Assembly (NCBI GenBank): GCA_029953675.1
Contig: JAMWBK010000013.1
Coordinates: 1 to 64,000 of the forward strand
Length of the DNA stretch: 64,000 bases
Reading direction: 5' to 3'
Source of the DNA: Rhodosorus marinus CCMP1338
Taxonomy: Eukaryota; Plantae; Rhodophyta
The notes under the pieces are model-generated. The model did no database searches. It saw nothing but the letters and a program-made list of their open reading frames with translations, and was not told where the DNA came from. Both the position numbers and the translations under genes were made by a program. Shown piece after piece: positions 20,986 to 32,500 of the stretch; within the stretch, counting starts at the first letter, position 1, and the number at the start of each line of letters is the position of its first letter.

Positions 20986-21859
20986 GAGTAACACTATCAC
21001 TTGTGCAGAATCGAGCATAGACAAGGAGTATCCGAGGAACGGATCGACGAGTTTTGAAATTCTCAGGAAGGTTCCAACATGACACGATTCGAAGTCTGGA
21101 GAATCAGAAACAGGTGATAACACACAGAGTCTGGCGACAAGTTAAAATTCTGATTGAGAGAAATGCTGAACATGATGATAAGACACTGGAAGAAAACAAG
21201 TAGAGTTACGCACAAAGAGCTTGACGTGCTGACTAGTTTTCTCTGTTTTTCACGTATGCAAGGAATTATGGCGGAGGAAAACTGTGCGACTAAGAAAAGG
21301 TTTAAATATAGATGCTTGCAGATATGAACTTAAAGCAGTATGTGAATCAAATAAGGTTTGGAGAAAGAGGAACAAACCAGACAAACAGAACGTTGAAGAC
21401 GAGGTTGGATGAGGAATATTGGTGCGAGCGAGAGTGTAGATGTGGTATGATATCATCAGATGGGTTTTTGCACGTACTAAATCCCACAGTCAGTTCGCTC
21501 AGGGGCTGAAAATGGACCTATAATTAGCATGGTTTATGGAAGCATTGCGGCCGCACCGGATTATTCCATTGTTCTATTTTTAGTACATGAAGGACTACTT
21601 CGGCAGGATTGGACCTGAGTTGTGCTTCGTACATGAACGAATGGTTTAGTACATGAGGGAGTAGAGAGAAGAGTTCTAGCTGTAGATTGTGGAGAGGTGA
21701 TTGAACTACGAATAAATAGACAATTCAAAAGAAATGAGAAAGAATTACCGCACCGGTAATAACAACTACCGGTATAAACCCGAAAATAAACATAGCGAAT
21801 ACGAGCTGGAATCGAGGATATTAGGCCTAAAAAACAGACGCAATCGGACGTTCCTTTAT

Positions 21860-22182
21860 CGCCACCAGCATGAGACGCCGCAAAGAGATCAAATACGCGG
21901 GGGCTTTGTCTTCCCCTGGTGTTCGTGCTTCGGCATTAGCACATCGCTTGGTACCCCTGATCATTGAGTGCTTTGGGTTCATGGACTCTGTTGGTTCTCG
22001 CTGGCTTCGGGAGTTGTTCCGCGAACGCCCTGACCGTCTTCAATCGTTGTTTACCCGCTTAAGTTTCCTGCTGTGGCGCATGAATGCCGCTTTGATGTTG
22101 GAGGCGCGAGTACTTCGCCGCGCTTAGTCTTTTTTTCCCCTCGGGGTTTTTTTTTTCAGCCTCCGATTAAACCATTCGTTCG
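21860..22182 (+). mobile_element. 5'-truncated lineage B 3' fragment
   Basis: MRRRKEIKY...VLRRA* followed by the T-rich UTR and ATTAAACCATTCGTTC tail. Confidence 0.9.
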
Positions 22183-23029
22183 TATCGGACGGACATGACA
22201 ACCCTAGCAAATGCGCAAAATTTATATCCTACTCATGATCCGGAACTACTACTGAGAATGGTCTTACGAACTACTGAGAGTTGGTTTGGAAAAGAGGCTA
22301 ACTACGTACTGAATTTCCGCACAGAGATGGTCCTTAATTGGGTGTACGAAACCCAATTAAGGACATCTTCCAAGTATGAGTCCGCACAAAAAAATTGAAT
22401 CGCTCTAGAAAGTATAGAGCGTATATATATAAAAGAGAGATTCCGAATGCCGACTGCAATCAAAACTCTCTAACGAGCACTGACGGGTAAAGTCAGGAGC
22501 GCCAGGCAGCGTGGAGGTGACATTTTCGGACCAATTCGTCGACACCCCCAATTCGTTTGTGTTAATCACACCGAAATGAACTTTTTTTGCTTTCCAATTG
22601 TCACTCACTCCCCCTCAGAAACCCGATGGTGACGGTCAGCAGCGTCAGGCAGTGTGGAGGTCATTGCTCGGGGGGAACGAGGTACACTTCTCCGCCGAAG
22701 GATTACCGGGATTTCCACGGCTGACATATGCTTAATTTTTTTTATTTAATTTGGGACACTACAGAGCCTCGCAAGGGGTCCCTATAGTCGCCAGAATACC
22801 CGTTCACAACGTCCACGGTCTTTGCGCGGAAACGTGGTCTGGGGTTATAAGTAGAGCGACGCAGACTAGATGTTGGGATGGGTTGCACAAGAGATATGTG
22901 ACAAGTCATACATTGCTAGAAGCGGGGATTGTGATAAGCGCTGAGAACTGAATTTGGAGTGGAGTGAAAGAGTTTGTAGAGCGAAGGAAAAGTTGTCTTT
23001 TTTCTATTTTGCGTAGGAGCGGATTGAAC

Positions 23030-23638
23030 ATGATGAAATTGAGTGCTTTCAGTCTGGTCACCTTACTAGGCTTCACGATGGCCGTTCCATTGATGCAGAA
23101 AGTTCATCTTGCTAAGAAAGTACACGCAGGGGTCGAGGAGCCCGTAGCCCGCCTTGACGAGACCTTATTTTTCATCTGGGCTGGAATGGACGGAGCCGGC
23201 GTTGAGGTCGAGGAGGCTGCCCGCCTTGGACTTGAAGAGGCTGCCCGCCTTGGACTTGAAGAGACAGGATTTTTCATCTGGCGTGAAATGGGCACAGCCG
23301 ACGTAGCCCGCCCCGCAGCTGTCATCTCGCCTCAATATGACGCAGTTTTAGCTGAGATTATGCAGACCGGAGACGACGTTGAGAAGGCCCAAGCTCTCAT
23401 CTTGGCTCAAGGGGTCGGAGCCGGCGAGGCCAACCAAGCCGTAGCCCGCCTTGGACTTGAAGAGACAGGATTTGTCATCTGGCCTGAAATGGGCACAGCC
23501 GACGTAGCCCGCCCCGCAGCCGTCATCTCGCCTCAATATGACGCAGTTTTAGCTGAGATTATGCAGACCGGAGACGACGTTGAGAAGGCCCAAGCTCTCA
23601 TCTTGGCTCAAGGGGACGGAGCCGGCGAGGCCAACTAA
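23030..23638 (+). CDS. Secreted acidic repeat protein of unknown function (two 67-aa repeats)
   Basis: Signal-peptide-like MMKLSAFSLVTLLGFTMA; 201-bp tandem units at 23243-23443 and 23444-23644; short ARLGLEE repeats. The TAA stop replaces a CAA of the previous unit. Confidence 0.65.
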   Translation: MMKLSAFSLVTLLGFTMAVPLMQKVHLAKKVHAGVEEPVARLDETLFFIWAGMDGAGVEVEEAARLGLEEAARLGLEETGFFIWREMGTADVARPAAVISPQYDAVLAEIMQTGDDVEKAQALILAQGVGAGEANQAVARLGLEETGFVIWPEMGTADVARPAAVISPQYDAVLAEIMQTGDDVEKAQALILAQGDGAGEAN

Positions 23639-23844
23639 GCCGTAGCCCGCCTTGGAGTTGAGGAAGGGTTCACTATCAGGCCTGCGGCGGACACAGCCGG
23701 CCCTGACGTTGCGGAGACCGGAGCCGCCATTAAAGTTCCAGTATAATTCGTTGCAATGAAGGGTATACGAGATGCTGTGCTCGTATACGTAACTTAATAA
23801 ATCACATACTTAACAAATAATTTTTGAGCGAACAATGGACTGGT

Positions 23845-24400
23845 GGTTTTGCTAACACGGCCTGATGCGCTACGCAAGGCGTAAAGGAAACTAGGGACTA
23901 GAAAGAAGAGCATGTAAAGCCCAGGCGACGGTGGCGCGTCTCGGCGCGAATGTTGCTAGAATACCGCCAGAGTGCGATATTTAAGCGCGGAGGAGCACCA
24001 GATATTCTTCAGGATGTTCTGTAAAACACTTACGCAGCCACTCCAAGCTAGAATTTTCCAGATGCCCAAAGGTTTCCACAATGAAAGGCTGGAACCTGCG
24101 AGACCGGCACTCTTCCCGGGGAAGACTGGCCATGCTCTCAGCGTACCGTCGTTCCTTTACGCGGCGAAGTAGAGAAGTTGCTAACCCCTGCGAGAGCTGC
24201 AAAAGGGAGATATGTACAGGATACGGGGCAAGTGACAGCGAGGTCCGCATATACTGAGCGTCCGGCGGCTGCATCCGAAACCAGGAGGTCTGCGATGAAA
24301 CGAGTAGAGGTTGTTGCGGAGGTTGTACTAGGCAGTGCCGATTCCACCTCGACCGTGTAGCCAACTCTTGTAAAGTGTTCGCTCATGATGTATTTCGGGA
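23845..24400 (-). mobile_element. Diverged A3 3' fragment
   Basis: A-type 3' UTR (CCTGATGCGCTACGC); RLE remnants RFIADLLVSD, ERRYAESMASLP, FQPFIVETFG. Confidence 0.82.
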
Positions 24401-24553
24401 CAAATCTGCTACCATTTCGTTCGTGCTGAGGTGCTTCAGTTTCAGTGAATGACCAGAGGTAAGAGGAGATGTTGTGGGAGGAGATGTTGTCAGGCTATGC
24501 TAGTAAAGCCGCAATACGTTTGCTAGTAAAGTCCCTGTGAGTTGTTGTCGAGC

Positions 24554-26366
24554 ATTGGGGTTTTGTTTCTTTTTCGGTGGCGAGCGTGTTCGTTTACGGG
24601 AAGCGCTTCCTCTGGTACGCCTTCCCCTCGATTCTCCGCGGGGCGTCGTATGCATTTGCAACTACTTCTGTCTTCCGGGTGGGTGTGTTGCGGGGCCTTT
24701 CCTATTTGGGTTGGGTTTGGTCGATTATTCTCTCGGTGCGGTTTCATATTGGTGGTGCAACGTTTCCTTTGCGCATTCCCTCAGGATGGTAGGGATATCT
24801 CCGCGCTCGACGGAGCCTCCTCCCAAGGAGGCACTGCCAGGTGGGAGACTCCGTGTTCGCCTCAGCTGCGGCACCTTTTCTTCCGAGGTTGACTTGGAAG
24901 GCGCTTCTGGCACCCAGGCGCGTGCACTTATCTCCGCTGTCACCAGCCTGATCACGGCTGCGAGTGATCGTGGAGTGGTCCCTCAGCTCACCCAGAAGCT
25001 AGGTGGGCTGGAATCGGGATTGCTGGCCAGGTCAAATTCAAATTCGGACGAGAATTTGAATTGCCCCAGCGTTGGCCGAGGGCAGTCAACATCCGGTCAA
25101 TCAACATGAACCTGTCCCGGGACAGGCGAGGGCTGTTGCTTCTGCGCGGGACAGTACGACGTTGGGGAGCGGCAGGCCGGGCCAAAACGAACTTCAGCGC
25201 TCGGGGATTCGAGGCAATGGTGTGGTGACTGTGCGGCAACCGGTGTGGAGGAGACTACAGCTGTGGACTTCCCTCTCTTGGACCAGCCCTCAGGTGGTCA
25301 CCAGCTCCCGGCTACTGCGGGGGCACGTGGTGGCCGCAAGGGGGGCGCTTCGTACGCCTCAGTCTTGCGGAAGGGCACCACTGCCACACGTACGGCGGCT
25401 ATGCTCCGTTTCCTAAGCCGACGAGATGACCCTGCAACACTGGGGAACGCTCTTGGATGAGCCCCTCGATCTTGAAGCTGCTCCCGACAGGGACTTGATT
25501 CGTGCACAGATCGCTCTACCGTTGCGATTAGGGGGATTCGGCGTCGCAGACCGTGGGCTGGTATGCTCGCCAGCGGCGGTTGCCTCCTGGGCTACCGCGC
25601 TGCGAACGTTGGTGACCGTCCAGATGCGAAGTGCCTGCCTCTTGGCTCGAGCTTTGACCAACGAGGATCCAGTGACCCTGCCGCTCCCGCTTTTGACAAT
25701 TTATGATGGTCCTCAACTCGCGTTCAGGAGGTGCAACGCCGTGCCGGACGCAAATCGGTCCCGCTTTCGTTCCTGGAGGGAGCTGTTATGGGGACGAGCT
25801 GAAGCGATTGAGGATTGTCCCCTCGACCGAGTTCTTGCCGATGACGGAGAGGCTAGCCCCGGGTCACCTGTTGCAGACTACCCGGGTTTGAGCCGATTGT
25901 GGAGCTCCCGCACTGATGTGATTCAACATAGCCTCACCTGGGGCCAACACAGTGCCGCTCACACAGTCATGCTCAATTCTCCTCTCACGCCGCCTACCAC
26001 TGCCGCTCGTCTCCGCGGCATGGGAGGCCACCTCTCGCACTTGTGGTTAACCACTCTACTGTCGTCATTGAGTCATCGTCTCTATGCTTTCCAGTTCCGT
26101 TCTGCCGCACGTATCTATCTCGGTTTGCCACAGGCTCCGTGGCACTCTAATCGGCCGTCTTTCTGTCAGGGATGTGAGAGCCGGATTATCCTACTCAAAA
26201 TTTGGCGCTCTTGAGGCGTTTAAGTGTCTCCCTTTGGCGATATTCCAGCCACATGCTTTCCGAGGCGCGCCATGGGCGCCTGGGGTTGCATGCTTCCCTC
26301 CCTAGTTATTAGGTCATCTTCACGCCTTGCGTAGCGCTTCAGGCTATGCTAGTAAAGTCCAAGTCC
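24554..26366 (+). mobile_element. Internally deleted A1 derivative retaining both termini (non-autonomous)
   Basis: Starts at the A1 5' end. ORF1 joins ORF2 at about 25412 (about 2.5 kb incl. RT core lost); a second junction at about 26187 (about 450 bp incl. RLE lost). Ends with an AGTAAAGTCC tail. Confidence 0.88.
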
Positions 26367-26379
26367 AAGTTTACTATTA

Positions 26380-26419
26380 ACGGTTTGCGTAGCGCTGTAG
26401 GCTCTGCTAATAAAGCCAG
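26380..26419 (+). mobile_element. Minimal A2-type 3' end (about 40 bp)
   Basis: CGGTTTGCGTAGCGCTGTAGGCTCTGCTAATAAAGCC matches 48520-48560. Confidence 0.7.
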
Positions 26420-26523
26420 TTTACTATTTGCTACTAAAGCCCAGTTTACTTTTTGACATAGTGAATTCCAACCCCTGCCTAGCAAAGCGCTCAACACGAA
26501 GTCAGGGCGTAGTGGAAGGGAGA

Positions 26524-29500
26524 CTAGGTCAAGTCTGCACATGAGTAGCTACCCTCGAAGAGCGGACATGAAAGTTTTGCGCTATTGCTCAGCCTCGTTT
26601 CCTTTGCGATCAGTTGTCCAGTAACTTCCACGTTGTTCAAGGTCACTTCGGCCTTCGGTATAAGCAGACTGAACGGGTAGAGATTGCCCGGGTTACTTCT
26701 TACGGTAACGTCCCTACTTTGATCATGGATATTCACAAGAATCTGCTCCGGCCTGCAGGCCTGCAAATCGTAGACAAGAGGCCGAAGCCTGATTGTGGAA
26801 GTCCTCCCCGGGACGTTCAAGATAATGGACGCCGTGCGATCACACTCGAACTCCACCCGATTGATCACTTGCCTGTTGCGGAGCTTGAACAGTTGCTCCA
26901 AGTCTTCCAAATGGAAAACATTGTATACGGGGTGCCTGGCAAGCAGCTTTACTGTGTCCCCTTCCACGACAACTGAACCCTTCGTTGACATTGACACCGT
27001 TCCCGTGACTGCGCAACCTACTCCAACTCTGCAAATTTGTCGAGGTGGTCCATCGTCAAGTTTGAGCAGAGACTCATCACTGAAAAGCCGATCAGAAAAC
27101 TCAATGGTCTGCTGCCGAAGTCGCTCGTAGTCCTCATCTTCGTAGGACTCCTCTGCGGAGACAACAAGTCCATTCCTTCTCTTCAGGTTAAGAGATCTTC
27201 CGTAGTGAATGACTCTACCACCATCTGCCGTCGCATCAGCCGCCTCCTCTTCACTTATCGTCACTCTCCAAGCTGCGACAACAGCTTGTGGAAGAGCGCA
27301 GGTCGCTTCTGAACCACCAATCTCTCCGTTGATGACTGCATTCCGCCGCGCCTTGACACCACCTTCAATGAACGCGTCGCCACCAACCGTCAAGTGCCTC
27401 ACTGAGGACGTGCTCATGTAGAGCGAGTCATCAAAGAGCGCCCCGTCGGTTGTGATCATAATCACCTGCTTCTCCTCAGCCGTAGCGCTGTTCCCACAAC
27501 TGTCCCGGGCCGTCCATGTCCTAGTAATTAACTTCTCACCGCTGCAACGATCATTGGGTATGCTGTACTCGTCCTCGTATTCTATAGTCACATCCGGCGA
27601 GCAGTCGTCCGTAACCGTTGGCCATCCAAGGAACTGTGGCGAGATCCCATCCGTGAGGTACGTAACCGTGACATCATCAGGGAATTCCAAAAACTCCGGT
27701 GGAGTCACATCTCCCGTGATGGTAAGCCTTTGCTCAGCCGTCGCGGTGTTCGAACATCCATCCGTCACTGAAAACGTCCTTTTGATCACCGCCTCTTCAA
27801 AGCATCGACCGCTCGGAAAGCTGGAATCGTCCTCATATTCAACATCACCTACCGTCGAGCAGCTATCCGTGGCCCCTGGAAAGCCAGTATTCGCCGTTGC
27901 GAGGTCATCTTCAACTGCGGTACAGCTAAAAGTCATGTCATCGGGAAAGTTGGTAAACTCTGGTAGGAATGTATCCCCCAACAGCGTTATCGTCTGTGTA
28001 ACAGCGCCTTCTTGTCCAGAAGGATCGGTCGCACTCCATGTCCTTTCGAACACTCGGCCATCACACGTGCTGCCGCTCTCGACGCTCGAAGTTTGCACCT
28101 CACCATCGAAGCACTCATCATCGTCCGTCGCAGATACGTCAAACTCGTCCATCGGGGTCGGAACAAATTCACGGTCACAGATCGCGTCAAAGCTTGCCGG
28201 AACGTTTAGCAGCGCAGGAGGCGTCTCGTCCAAAACCTCCTGAGTAATCAGCTGTTCCACGCTGGAGGAGTTTCCGCATTCATCTGTCGCTGTCCATGTC
28301 CTGGTGATAATCCTTGACCCGTTGCAGAAGCCGTCGGGAATATCGTCCGAGTAAGATATCGTCACGTCGCTGCAGTCATCGGTCGCAGTGGCCGATCCTC
28401 CAGTGTTCTCCGGAGATAGCTCAACGCCAGGCTGGACGACAAAATTAGGAGGTGTTGGCTGCTCAAACTCTGGTACCCCTTGGTCTCCTAGGACTGTGAT
28501 CACCTGCGTCATTTCGGATGCGTTTCCGGAAGGGTCAACTGCGCTCCAGGTCCTTTCGAACACTCGGCCATCACATACGTTGCCGCTCTCGACGCTCGAG
28601 GTCTGTACCACATTGTCGAAGCACGGGTCATCGTCCGTTGCCGTTACATCAAACTGGTCCATCGGGATCGGAACAAAATCAGGGTCACATGCTGCCTCAA
28701 AGCTTTCCGGAACGTTCAGCAACACTGGTGGCGTATCATCGGCCATTCCAGTCTGAGTAATTCTCTGTTCATAGCTGTTGGAGTTGCCGCATTCGTCAGT
28801 TGCGCTCCACGTCCTGATGATCACAACTCCCTCGCAGGTTTGCTCGAGTATCTCGTCGGAGTAAGAAATATTTGCCTCAGTGCAGTCGTCGATCGCCATT
28901 GGCGTTCCTCCAGTGTTCTCCGGGGAGAGATCGACTCCAACGTCGACTACCACATCACCGGGTCTCGGATCCTCAAACTGAGGTCCGGTTACGTCTGGAA
29001 GGATCCTAATCGTCTGCATCGTCTCAGCCTCATTACCTGCGGGATCCTGGGTTTGCCATTTCCTTGTCCTAACCCTCTCCACGCAGTTGTTAATAGGTGG
29101 GAGCTCAAGGGACAAGGATACGCTCACACGACCGATGTAGCAGGGATCATTGTCACGTCCAAAGACGTCCACGCTGGGTAGCTCACTACCACATTCAAGG
29201 ACAGGTTCGAGGTCAGCTGGAAGTCCAACGAGTTCTGGCGGCTCGTTATCAACCACGGCAGCGGCGTCAGGATCGCGACAGATGCGTCTGTCATCGTAAG
29301 GGAGGCATGCATTGGGATCTTCGGCGTCGTTGTTACAAGTTGAGAAACAGCAATCACCACCGTCAAACTGACAGTTGGGATAGTTGAGATCCGCATCGCA
29401 GATTCCATTGCCCTTCCTCGGACTGCTATTATCACACTCGGTGTCTTCGAACCCGGGTTGTAGCTCCTCGGTCTTTTCCGAAAACTGGCAGAAGAAAATC

Positions 29501-32500
29501 CCCGTCCGCGGTGCGAGACACTCCATCCTCGTAGGATCGCAAGAGCGGACGAAGAACTCGTCCTCCAGCGAAGGTATATCCGAATCCAAAAGGACCGTTC
29601 TCTCGCAGGTGTCAATGCAACAGTCACCACCATCCCAATCACAGATCTGAACATTTAGGCAGCTCTGACAGAACCCATTCCCCGTTTCACTCCTCGGAAT
29701 TCCAATTCGATCCATAAACTGGTCGCAATTTTCTCCAACCTCTGGCCTGGGACATTCTGCGGGGGTGATACAGTCGTTTTGGGACGTGGACGCAATTCTC
29801 AAGGTTATCAATCCCTCGTCGCATTTCTTCGGCAGTCTATCCCACGCGGGTTCCTCCACATAGTACCCCAATGGAGCAGCCTTGCATTTCGACTGCCCGC
29901 CTTCATTAGTGTAAAAACCCACCGTACAGGGAAGCTGCTGCCCAGTATACTTGTATTCCGGCACATAGAAACCCGGGTCTGCATTTTGGCAAGTGCCGCC
30001 AGCAGCTCCAAACGTACCCTCCGGGCATGGATCGCAACCGGTTCTTGCATCGTTCGGTTGAGTCCCAATTGGGCACTCCCTACACAATTGCTGCCCGGAG
30101 AGACTTCCAACAGTCCCCTCTGCACATGGTTGGCAGACGTCCGCGTTGTCGGCTCCCAGAATGGTGCTAAAAGTACCGATGGGGCATGGCACGCACGCTG
30201 TGCTCGCCGCCTCCTCGGCAAACGTACCTCTCTCGCAAGGGAGTGGCGACGCCCGGGGGCGTGTGGGTACATGGAAGCCGGGTGGGGCTGCGACACATGC
30301 ATCCTGGTCATTAGCTCTGGTGTAGCCTTCCGGACACAAAGTGCAGTCTCCGTCGATCCGTAGAAGTTCATAGCCCGGTCCACAGATACAAACGGCGTCT
30401 AGTCGCAGTGTTTTCCCTTCGTAGCTTTCATTAAGCGCATCAGCCACGGTTCTCGCCGAAAGCAGGCACCCGCTCGCTTTGCATCCGGCTGCAACCAGCG
30501 CCGTCACGTCCTCAACATCAAAGCCACTCCCAAACTCCGCGGAGATCACGCTCACGGTCTCACCAGGTGGGCACTTCGGAGTAAGCACACTGCCCCCCTC
30601 TGCCTCGAGCTCTGAATCAGCAAACGTATAAGATACAAAGCCATTGGGGACCGAGGAGACCGGATTTAAACATGCATAACCGATAAAGTCTGGTTCGCAT
30701 CCGGCAAGATCGCACGTAGCACCAGTCGCGCTCTCACAATTAGCAAACTTATCAAGGCACACATTGCTACCTGCCCGTTGCTGATTTTGGACTGTCCACT
30801 GGCCCAACGTTTCCTCCCTTCGCTCTTTAAATACTTTGCGTGCTTCTATGCTGGCGAAGATATCGGGATCAGCACCTTCGTATTGAAGGCACAAATTCCA
30901 CCAGTCATTGGGGGGTGGAAAAGTCCGGTCGGATTCCAAACCATCACCAGGACAAAACTCTGGGAAACAATACACCGTTAGCCCGTCAGCATTTGCCGTG
31001 AAATCCGTACAAAGCGGCCCTGCATTCGACGGGGGATCGAAAATGCCAAGAGCAGCACCTCTTTGCTGTAAATATTTCCATGTGCCCAGCTCTAGTGCGG
31101 TATAAATCGACTGCTCGGCCTCCTTCCTTCCCTCCCACATCGCGAAACAGAGCTGTTCCTTGTCAAATGTAGATGACCCTCCATCGATGGATGATATGAA
31201 CGGCGCTGGAAGGCCAGAAACACTCTCAGCAGTCCAGCAGGAGTTGATCGAGCTTCTATCCACCAGTTTCACGAACCTATTCCCGCCACACGTTGGTGAT
31301 CTGATAAGGTCAATGTCTCGATGCTTGAAGTCATCACGTTTTTCCTCACTCCAAGGAGCGTTTGGAGGCGATCTCTGGACTTCCTCGAATGCCGTTTCCG
31401 CTATATCAGTGACGTCGAGCCCGATATAGCTAGAGAGGATCGTGGGCGTCTCTCCGAACGGAATACAAAAGTATTGTGCCCTCATCATGGCCGGATTTAA
31501 CACGAGTTCGGCCAATTCGGGACTCGGTGCCTCTGCGTTCGCACACTGAGTGAGATTCTCAAAGTTCAGAGTACAGGAATTCTCATTTTCAGCGCAAGGG
31601 AAGCGCATTAACGTAGTCAAATCCTGTGTGCAATCCCAGACGTTGTACTCCGCGCGGTAAACAATCGGTCTCGATCCCCCTGGGCAGCTGAACGAAATTG
31701 TCTCGCCGTTCAGGGAGCTCGCAATCTTGGTCAACCACGCCCCAGGGGCTGCGTCCCATGTGCACTGAAAGCTCCCGGAAAGCTCAGCCAAGAAATCGAA
31801 ATCGGTCCTTTCCAAGGCCAGAGGCACCTCCGGCCCATTCGTAATCTCGTCCAGCCGGGACCTGAAGTCAAAGTCGAGAACGTCGAGGTCGAGAACGTCC
31901 AAGTCAGGAACGTTCAGCACGTCCAGGAGTTCAGCGAAAAGTGCCTCGACTTCGTCTTTCAGTCCAAAAGCTTCGAGTACCGCGTCAATCGCTATGTTTA
32001 TCGCATCGAAGACGACGCAAAAATCACCACAGTCCAGAAATTTTGTAACCTCGTAGAGAGAGTCCATTAATCCTCGAACGGGCTCAAACGGCTCAATGAA
32101 CTCGTTCACGGCAGCTGATGTCACACCAATCGAGTCCTTCAGTGATTCCAATGCCGGTTCTTGATCCTGCAATTGCTGCACGGGTCCATTAACAATATCT
32201 CTGATCTCGCCAACGAAAGATTCCACACCACCCAATGCACTCCTCAGCGCCGAGCCATCTCCGACCACATCGTCAACCGAGCACAGGGACTCTATCGGCT
32301 GACCCACGTCTTCAAGGGTTTCCACTGAGCATCTTGTCTCCAGCAGGCCTGCTACTTGGGCGTTTGTATCGTCACACAAATGGTTTACGAGCGGAGGAAG
32401 TATGATAATATTCACAGCCCAGGCAAACGTGGATGCCGCTTGAAGGTATTCGAGACCCTTATTGAGCCTTCCAGCCCATTTGTCTAGGTCTTCACACTTT

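Noticed and set aside
23636-23638. TAA read as Gln (alternative genetic code)
   Set aside because: TAG ends several other ORFs here (1530, 26524, 60224) and TAA ends the read-through frame at 23746; a single C>T change explains it.
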